Part shown: positions 1 to 7,461 of the stretch, one piece after another
Layout of the letters: every line of letters begins with the position of its first letter
How positions within the stretch are numbered: the stretch's first letter is position 1
From: Salpingoeca rosetta
Lineage: Eukaryota; Protista; Choanoflagellata
Length of the DNA: 10,878 nt
Reading direction: 5' to 3'
NCBI GenBank assembly: GCA_033442325.1
Contig: JAWQFM010000030.1
Location: forward strand, 360,918-371,795
The notes under the pieces: model-generated
Seen by the model: the letters and a program-made list of their open reading frames with translations, nothing else
Database searches by the model: none
What the model was told of the DNA's origin: nothing
Made by a program: the position numbers and the translations under genes

Positions 1-909
1 GGGCGACAACTGGGCAGACGCCGTGCCAGCCTGTGTCGACGTGCGAGGAGGACGAGTACGTGTACCGTGCGGGCGACTGTGAGCACGGACACGCAGTGCC
101 GAGCGCTGACGGCGTGCAGTGATGAGCAGTATGAGACGCGCGCGCCGACAGTGAACAGCGACCGGGAGTGCACGGGGCTGACGACGTGCGGGAGCGGCGA
201 GTACGAGACGCGCGCGCCGACGGCGACGACGGATCGCAAGTGCGCGAGTGTGACGCAGTGCGACTCGACGCAGTTTGTGGTGTCGAAGCCGACGGCGACA
301 ACGGACCGGGACTGCGCTGAGTGCGACCGGTGCGACAGCGGGACGCAGTATGAGACGGCGACGTGCACGGCGACGACGAACAGGGTGTGTGCGGACCTGA
401 AGGTGTGTGCGGACACGGAGTACGAGTCTGTTGCCGCGACGGACTCGAGCGACCGCAAGTGCTCGAGCTGCCGGGAATGCACGTCGTCTGAGTATCTTAT
501 GTCTGGGTGCAGCGAGAGCGCGAATGCTGTGTGCAAGGCGTGCACTGAGTGCCCAAGCGGGACGTTTGTGTCGACGGCGTGCACGCCGCTTGCTGATGCC
601 TAGTGCACGGAATGCACGCGGTGCGGGAGCGGGTACTTTGTGCAGTCGCCGTGCACGAGCGAGGCAGACACGACGTGCAAGCGGTGCCGGTCGTGTGCGA
701 GCGGAGAGTATCTGCACACGGCGTGCACGAGCAGCGCTGATGCTGTGTGCCGGAAGGTGAGCACGTGCGATGTGGATGCTGGGTATGAGGTGAAGGCGCC
801 GACGGCGACGACAGACCGGGAGTGCCGGGCGCTGACCACGTGCGATGGTGAGAGCGAGTTTGAGTCTCGTGCACCGACGCTGACGAGCGACCGCGTGTGC
901 AGCAAGCTG
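1..909 (+). pseudogene. Cys-rich repeat protein (TNFR-like/extracellular Cys repeats), partial; internal stop and 3' end replaced by copia pol
   Basis: About 25-aa tandem repeats of two types: LTxCxxxEYExxAPTATTDRxC and CxxCxxCxxGxYxxxxCTxxxDxxC. Frame +1 runs from about 73 to 909 with one in-frame TAG at 601-603 (ADA*CTEC). Upstream of about 72 the repeat (PCQPVSTCEEDEYVYRA) is in frame +3, implying a 1-nt indel near the sequence edge. Confidence 0.75.
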
Positions 910-2603
910 CTGCATGTCCCCGACATCAAGTACAACCTACTGGCGCTGAACCTGGTGACTCGCGCGCGTCGTGGTGCTTCCGTCGTCATTGCTGCGGACG
1001 ACAGCCGCATCCAGTTTGCCACATGGAGTGTGCCTCTGCTGCCGTCCAAGGACACCGGCCACCTCTTCCTCTACGCCAGCACCACGACCTCCCAACAAGC
1101 CACGGCGCTTGCAGGGGAGCTCGTGCACAGCAGCGACGAGGAAGCCGAGGATGCTGACGAGGGCGCCTCTGCACACGACGTGCTAGGCCATCGCAGCAGC
1201 GCAGCCGTCGACGCCATCCGGCAGCAGATCGCCCAGGCCTCTTCCAAGCACATCGTCACCTGTGGGCCATGTGCGCTTGGCAAGAGCACGCGCGCCTCCA
1301 TCCCGAAGCAGTCTGCTCCACGCAGCGCTGGGCCATGCCAGCTGCTCTACGCCGACATCGCCGGTCCGCTGGAGGAGACGTCGCTGCGAGGTGCACGCTA
1401 CGCGCTGACCTTCATCGACGACTGCACGCGCTTTGCCTGGACGTTCCTCATCCGGCACAAGAACGACGTCGGTGCGGCCCTGGAGCAGCTGCGCAAGGAC
1501 CGCCACGTCGTCAACGCGCTCCGAGGCGCCACGCTGCAGACGGACAGCGACGCCGTCTTCAAGAGCCAGGACTTCACCGACCTGTGCCTGGCCTTCGACA
1601 TCAAGCAGCGCTTCTCGCCACCGCACTCGCAGGCCAAGAACGGATCCGCGGAGCGCACTTTCCGCACCCTCTTCGAGACGGCGCGCACGATGCTGTTTGC
1701 TGCGGACCTGGACAAGCCGTTCTGGGGCTTCGCCGTGCAACACGCCACGCTGCTGCACAACATCGCGCCACGCAGGAGCCTCGAGGACAAGTCACCGTTC
1801 GAGGCCCTGACTGGGCACCCCTTCGACGTCAGCCTGCTGCGCGTCTTCGGCTCGCCGGCCTACGTGCATGTGGAGAAGAGCAGCACGCGGCACAAGCTTG
1901 ACCCACGCTCACGCGTCGGCGTCTACGTCGGCTTCGCCGAGGAGGACCAGGCCCACGTCGTCTGGATGCCGGACACGCGACGCGTTGTCCACACCATCCA
2001 CGCTCGCTTCGGCGCCATCAAGAACAAGCACGCCGCCTCCTCTCAGCAGCAGCAAGAGCAGGACGACAGCGGTGCCTCTGCTTCGCATGCCAACAAGACC
2101 GCTCAGCGTTCAACCGAGGACAGTGCCACTGGCGCTCCCACTGCACCACGTGCGGGGGAGCCGCAGCTCCAGCCACGCGCCCTTGGCGGTTCCGTCTGGG
2201 ACCAGCTGCTGTTGTCCGCGACCCTCGGCGACAAGGACACCTCTGGTGGCTCAACCACCACGTGTCACGTTGCCACCAGCGCTGCTGGTACGGGGGAGAA
2301 GACATCAGCAGTGGGTGGTCATCTACCAGACATCGCTGCTGGCAGTGTTTTCACGTCAGCTGAGCCAGCCACCGTCAAGGAGGCGCTTGCCTCGCCAGAC
2401 TCGGAGGAGTGGCGCCAAGCCATCCTGGATGAGTTTGCGGCAATGCAGGCCAATGACGTTTACGACGTCGTGCCTCGCGCTGACCTTCCCAAGGGCCACA
2501 AGCTGCTCCGCAGCATGGTCATCTTCGGAGGAGCGTGACGACCAGGGCAAGGTGATCAAGTACAGGCGCGCTGGGTTGCCAAGGGCTACTCCCAGGTCCA
2601 CGG
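910..2603 (+). mobile_element. Ty1/copia retrotransposon family A, copy A1a: 5'-truncated pol fragment running into an assembly gap
   Basis: Integrase precedes RT (copia order). There is no LTR, gag or protease active site upstream; it begins abruptly at LHVPDIKYNLL. Confidence 0.93.
910..2603 (+). CDS. pol: Copia Pol fragment: post-protease segment, integrase (HHCC and DDE), RT N-terminus
   Basis: LHVP..YNLLAL; HDVLGH...CGPC zinc finger; YADIAGP / FIDDCTRF / QTDSD / NGSAERTFRTL integrase core; RVGVYVGF; EPATVKEAL..W..AI.DEF RT start. A frameshifted KYKARWVAKGYSQ-like motif lies at about 2555-2600, with indels next to the gap. Confidence 0.92.
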
Positions 2604-3142
2604 NNNNNNNNNNNNNNNNNNNNNNNNNNNNNNNNNNNNNNNNNNNNNNNNNNNNNNNNNNNNNNNNNNNNNNNNNNNNNNNNNNNNNNNNNNNNNNNNN
2701 NNNNNNNNNNNNNNNNNNNNNNNNNNNNNNNNNNNNNNNNNNNNNNNNNNNNNNNNNNNNNNNNNNNNNNNNNNNNNNNNNNNNNNNNNNNNNNNNNNNN
2801 NNNNNNNNNNNNNNNNNNNNNNNNNNNNNNNNNNNNNNNNNNNNNNNNNNNNNNNNNNNNNNNNNNNNNNNNNNNNNNNNNNNNNNNNNNNNNNNNNNNN
2901 NNNNNNNNNNNNNNNNNNNNNNNNNNNNNNNNNNNNNNNNNNNNNNNNNNNNNNNNNNNNNNNNNNNNNNNNNNNNNNNNNNNNNNNNNNNNNNNNNNNN
3001 NNNNNNNNNNNNNNNNNNNNNNNNNNNNNNNNNNNNNNNNNNNNNNNNNNNNNNNNNNNNNNNNNNNNNNNNNNNNNNNNNNNNNNNNNNNNNNNNNNNN
3101 NNNNNNNNNNNNNNNNNNNNNNNNNNNNNNNNNNNNNNNNNN
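2604..3142. other. Assembly gap (539 N)
   Basis: Run of N. Confidence 0.99.
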
Positions 3143-3895
3143 GAGCTAGGCCCAGAGTTGTGCCAAAAAATTCGGGCACCGCAGAGAGCCCTCAATGGAA
3201 CAATTCAATCGTTCGAGGCCCTGGCTGGGCGACCCCTTTGGACGTCAAGCCTGTTGGGCGTTTTTTGGCTTAGCCCGGCCTAGGTGGCATGTGGGAGAAG
3301 AGCACGCCCCCGGCCCCAAGCCTTGACCCCACGCTACACGGGTCGGGCGTTTAAGTTCGGGTTAGCCGAGGAAGGACCAAGGCCCACGTCGTCTTGGATT
3401 CCCGGACCCGCGACCGCGTAGTCCACACCCATCCCACGCTCGCTTCGGCGCCATCAAGAAACAAAGCACGCCGCCTCCTCTCAGCAGCAGCAAGAGCAGA
3501 ACAGCGGTGCCTTTGCTTCGCATGCCAACAACACCGCTCAGCGTTCGACCGAGGACAGTGCCACCGGCGCTCCCACTGCACCCACGTGCGGGGGAGCCGC
3601 AGCTCCAGCCACGCGCCCTTGGCGGCTCCGTCTGGGGACCAGCTGCTGTTGTCCGAGACCCTCGGTGACAAAGGACACCTCTGGTGGCTCAACCACCACG
3701 TGTCACGTTGCCACCAGCGCTGCTGGTACGGGGGAGAAGACATCAGCAGTGGGTGGTCATCTACCAGACATCGCTGCTGGCAGTTTTGCCACGTCAGCTG
3801 AGCCAGCCACCGTCAAGGACGCGCTTGCCTCGCCAGACTCCGAGGAATGGCGCCAAGCCATCCTGGACGAGTTTGCGGCAATGCAGTAGGTCAAT

Positions 3896-3904
3896 GCGGG
3901 GGAG
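3896..3904 (+). promoter_or_regulatory. Polypurine tract (PPT), family A
   Basis: GCGGGGGAG immediately before the LTR start TGTT at 3905; same GGGGGAG|TGTT context as the family B PPT. Confidence 0.85.
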
Positions 3905-4345
3905 TGTTAAGTCCTGTCTGCTGAGTCATCAGTCATCATTGACCTCCATTCTTCACGACACCACAAATTCACATTCACCTCTCTTGTGTTCTGGAATGTT
4001 CACGTGATTTCCCTCCAACCTGTTGCACGTGCAGTGTTTACCTTGTGTGGTTGCTCGATGTTACATGCTCTTGCATAACACACCACATAACCACACAACT
4101 CTCAACAAACACTGCCACGTCACCACTTTGCGTTGTCGACAATTCTTGTCTTCTGTTCTGTTTCTTTCTGTTGGAGTGTTCATTCATCCTACATCCTTGT
4201 TTGCTTCACAACTCAAGTAAACACACACAACTCTCTCTTGCCAAGACAATCTCCCACACAACACACAGCACACACAGCACACACAGCACACACACACACA
4301 CACACAAGTCTCCAACAACAGCACCACCACCATGAACTTACAACA
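3905..4345 (+). repeat. LTR family A (3' LTR, 441 bp)
   Basis: TGTT...AACA termini, preceded by a PPT; highly similar direct repeat at 5363-5796. Confidence 0.92.
4255..4306 (+). repeat. CA-rich microsatellite, (ACACACAGC)n/(CA)n, inside LTR A
   Basis: Visible directly; differently arranged counterpart at 5704-5757. Confidence 0.9.
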
Positions 4346-4973
4346 CACACATCTGCTGCTCCAGCTGCTGCAGCCTGATGCTGAGCTCGAGGAGGGAGGG
4401 AAAGCGGCCACTGGCAAAGTAGGGAAGCGTGAGCGGGGCTGTCCAGCGTGGCAGCTGCTTCCAGACGATGGTGAAGAGGTCCTCGTTGTCCTGGCGCACG
4501 CCTGCGTCCTGCAACTGCTGCTGCAGCTCCATGTGTCGCTCGAAGAAGCGGGCGAGGTTGCCGCAGGGAACGTGAAGCTGCGCCTCCTTGAGCTCTGCGA
4601 TGCGGAGGCGGTCCTGCGAAGCGTAGTGGTCCTTGAGCCGGGCCCATCCTTGGCCGGCGTTGACGTCTGCTTCTCCGTTGGTGAAGAGGAGAAGGGGGTA
4701 GCCTGAGAGCGTGGACGCGATGAGGTTTGCAGCGGTGAGGTTGGCGTGATCTCCTGCTGTCGGTCTCCTTGCACTTGAGCGTGTCGCTGAGCTTGGACCT
4801 CCTGATGACGATGCTCCTGCCTCCACAGCTGCCCAGACGTCGTCGCCGCGCAGCTTGAGCGCCATCTTCATGCGAATGCTCCACGCATGAAAGGTGCCGG
4901 GCGAGCCAGAGAACTTGGGCAGGTCCATCTTGAATCCTGGCGTGGAAACGACGTGGTCCGACGGGTCAGACAT
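4346..4973 (-). CDS. gag: Copia Gag (family B), N-terminal 209 aa, truncated before the zinc knuckle
   Basis: ATG at 4973 downstream of the PBS; LPKFSG...F.AWSIRMKMALKLRG..VW, W.RLKDHY, LP.....P.L.EL..RL...E pattern typical of copia Gag. Confidence 0.85.
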
Positions 4974-5080
4974 ACTGCACGCTCAAGAAAGGTGATGGAG
5001 AAACAAGAGAGGGGAACAAGCAGAAGGGAGAGAAGACGCACAAGCGAGTGTGAGACAAGTGGTGATGATGATCAGGAGTG

Positions 5081-5096
5081 GCTGGGTCTCATAATC
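5081..5096 (-). promoter_or_regulatory. Primer binding site, family B (complementary to a tRNA-Met anticodon arm)
   Basis: Minus strand reads GATTATGAGACCCAGC directly after the LTR end ...CTACA; its complement contains the CTCATAA anticodon loop. Confidence 0.85.
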
Positions 5097-5365
5097 TGTA
5101 GAAACACGACAGGTGGTGTGTGTGTTTACTGTAGGCAAACGCAACAAACAAGAACACAAGGAGAATGAACAAGCACAACAAGCTGCTGCCAAATCAACTC
5201 CGGCAGCACGCTCAAACAAACACTAGACAAGTGCACACACAGTCAACAGAGCTGCCAAGGCGACATGGGCAGAGTGTGCACGAACACAAACAATCTAAAC
5301 AATGAGCAGCATGCATACATGCGCGCAGAGCAATGCTAAGCATGGCATGAATGTTGACAGGCAAG
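5097..5365 (-). repeat. LTR family B, partial 5' LTR (about 269 bp PBS-proximal half)
   Basis: Aligns by eye with 6920-7188 with scattered substitutions, up to CAGGCAAG. Confidence 0.88.
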
Positions 5366-5796
5366 TCTTGTCTGCTGAGTCATATCATTGACCTCCCTTC
5401 TTCACGACACCACAACTTTGCATTCACCTCTCTTGTGTTCTGGAATGTTCACGTGATTTCCCTGCAACCTGTTGCACGTGCAGTGTTTAGCTTGTGTGGC
5501 TGCTCGATGTTACATGCTCTTGCATAACACACCACATGACCACACAACTCTCAACAAACACTGCCACGTCACCACTTTGCGTTGTCGACAATTCTTGTCT
5601 TCTGCTCTGTTTCTTTCTGTTGGAGTGTTCATTCATCCTACATCCTTGTTTGCTTCACAACTCAAGTAAACACACACAACTCTCTCTTGCCAAGACAATC
5701 CCCCACACAACACACAGCACACACAGCACACACACACACAGCACACACACACACACAAGTCTCCAACAACAGCACCACCACCATGAACTTACAACA
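5363..5796 (+). repeat. LTR family A (5' LTR); start ambiguous between 5352 and 5363
   Basis: Direct repeat of 3909-4345; ends ...CTTACAACA and is followed by the PBS. Confidence 0.9.
5704..5757 (+). repeat. CA-rich microsatellite inside LTR A
   Basis: (CA)n interrupted by G; visible directly. Confidence 0.9.
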
Positions 5797-6919
5797 GATT
5801 ATGAGACCCAGCTCAATTAGCGCAGACGGCATCAAGGTCTTCGCTGGCGCTGAGCAGGATGCCAACCTCTTCTTCATCACCGTCGAGGCCAAGCTCATCG
5901 CCGCTGGCATCGACGCTGGCATCATCGCCGAGGGTGGTGCTGACCACCAAGGAGACGGGCAGGCTCCAGCAGCTGCCTCATCGCCGAGCCCAAGCACCCA
6001 CGGTGCTTCGGGTCCCCGCACTCGCTCCCGCGCTCAACGCGGCCCTCGCCGCACTGGCGTCCGCCACGACGCGGGGGAACACGACGACGATGACGACGAC
6101 GAGGGCGATGGCGACGACCACGGCGCTCAACCATCTTCCTCCTCTTCCTCTCTCCCTTCTTCCGCCACTCCGAGCGGAGGAGCGCAGGTGGCGTCCCGAG
6201 CCTCTGGCCTGCTGGATCCCCGTGATCCACAGGTTGACGCAGCCATCTTCGCGTTCCTCCTTGGCGTCCTGACGGGACACCCGCTGCGGCTGGCCATCAC
6301 CGACAACCGTGGCCGCTCAGGTGTGCTTGCGCTGCGCCGCCTCCGCGAGCGCTACATCCGCAGCGGCAAGGACCACGTCAGTCGTCTCAGGCAGCAGCTC
6401 TCCTCGACCACCTGGTTGCCCACGGACACCGTCGACACGTTCATGTCCCGCATCACGGACATCAACTCGCAGCTCCTCGCTGCCGGCGTGTCCATCCCGG
6501 AGGACGACCTGCGCACCCTCGTCCGCAACGAACTCCCCGCAGAGTTTGATGTGGCGATGCGGTTCATGGAGCGCGAGGACCCGCCACCATCACTGTCCAA
6601 GATGACGGCGGACCTCATCCAGGAAGAGCGCCGCCTGCATCGTCCCAAGAAGCGCACGCCTGTGCTCGCCATCGGCGGACCAGGCCCCGGCTCCTTCGCT
6701 GCATCACCGATGCACGCTGGCACGTCGCCCTCCGACACGAGCGGTGACCCATGCTGTCCACCTGCAGAGCGCGTGACTTGCGCGTTCTGCAACTTCCGCG
6801 GCCACTGCGCGCAGCAGTGCCGCAAGCTGCAGGCGGCCAAGCGCTACCACGTCATCGACGTGCGGCAGATCCTGGCTACGCTTCGCAACCACGGCAACGG
6901 CAACGGCAAGCGGCCAGGA
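5783..6919 (+). CDS. gag: Copia Gag (family A) with CCHC zinc knuckle, interrupted by LTR B; the frame reads on into the LTR to a stop at 6991
   Basis: ACCACCATG at 5783 (alternative ATG at 5801); IKVFAG, L.RLRERY, DTVDTFMSRI..I.SQL.AAG, LP.EFD, LIQEERR; CAFCNFRGHCAQQC (CX2CX4HX4C) at 6779-6820. Confidence 0.88.
5797..5812 (+). promoter_or_regulatory. Primer binding site, family A (complementary to a tRNA-Met anticodon arm)
   Basis: GATTATGAGACCCAGC immediately after the LTR end; identical to the family B PBS. Confidence 0.85.
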
Positions 6920-7461
6920 TGTAGTAACACGACAGGTGGTGTGTGTGTTTACTGTAGGCAAACGCAACAAACAAGAACACAAGGAGAATGAACAAGCACA
7001 ACAAGCTGCTGCCAAACCAACTCGGGCAGCACGCTCAAACAAACACAAGACAAGTGCACACACAGTCAACAGAGCTGCCAAGCCGACGTGGGCAGAGAGT
7101 GCACGAACACAAACAATCTAAACAATGAGCAGCATGCATACATGCGCGCAGAGCAATGCTAGGCATGGCATGAATGCTTGCAGGCAAGCATACACAACGA
7201 ACAACACTTCACAACACTGCATGGCACGCACACATGGCATTTGCCAAGCATGACGGGCATGCACACACATGGCACACAACTCACGTGTGTAGGGGAAGGG
7301 GGAGAGGAGAGGCAGTTGGCACGCATGCCAGCAGAGAGGAAGGAATGTTTGCCAACGGAAAAAACCACAAAGCAGGTGTTGTTGGCAAACAAGACAAAAC
7401 CACACGAGAAGGCAAATTAGGAAGGACTCAACACAAAACAGAAACTCACTGACTCTCAACA
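6920..7461 (-). repeat. LTR family B (3' LTR, 542 bp)
   Basis: Minus strand TGTTG...CTACA termini, preceded by a PPT; partial copy at 5097-5365. Confidence 0.92.

Larger units (their letters stand above)
3143..4345 (+). mobile_element. Ty1/copia family A, copy A1b: integrase C-terminal part and RT start, RT/RNase H deleted, PPT and 3' LTR
   Basis: 3143-3886 is a direct-repeat homologue of about 1740-2448, noisy near the gap and near-identical further on. It then jumps to TAG, the PPT and the LTR. Confidence 0.9.
4346..5365 (-). mobile_element. Ty1/copia family B, copy B1: partial 5' LTR, PBS, leader and 5' part of gag, cut at 4346 by the family A LTR
   Basis: 5097-5365 matches LTR B at 6920-7188; PBS at 5081-5096; 4346-4375 matches 10849-10878 at 28/30 nt. 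Confidence 0.9.
5363..6919 (+). mobile_element. Ty1/copia family A, copy A2: 5' LTR, PBS and gag, cut at 6920 by the family B LTR
   Basis: LTR A, then PBS, then a Gag ORF with a CCHC knuckle. Confidence 0.9.

Noticed and set aside
67-900. CRISPR-like or non-coding repeat array (recurring GCGCCGACGGCGACGAC-like words)
   Set aside because: The repeats are degenerate, codon-phased and explained by the protein repeat; the context is eukaryotic.
2520-2603. Programmed frameshift or true stop at 2538 in family A pol
   Set aside because: Multiple indels clustered at a contig edge are most likely low-quality base calls.
1868-3283. Long ORFs spanning the N gap
   Set aside because: Artefacts of translating N runs and shadow frames of pol.
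3143-3520. Hypermutation or RIP-like decay of the duplicate copy
   Set aside because: Changes are mostly homopolymer-type indels that fade with distance from the gap, as expected for a read tail.
4023-4378. Short ORFs within LTR A, and the 5582-5782 N-terminal extension of gag A
   Set aside because: Non-ATG starts in low-complexity LTR and microsatellite sequence; no coding evidence.
5081-5100. tRNA-Met gene
   Set aside because: Only 16 nt of anticodon arm with no cloverleaf; it is the complement of a PBS.
3905-5796. Two LTR A direct repeats flanking an antisense gag, resembling a single small non-autonomous element
   Set aside because: The PPT is upstream of the first LTR and the PBS is downstream of the second, so both signals lie outside the pair. 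The LTRs also differ by several substitutions and indels and belong to different copies.
5097-7461. LTR B pair flanking gag A as one element
   Set aside because: Same logic: PBS and PPT face outward, and one LTR is only half length.
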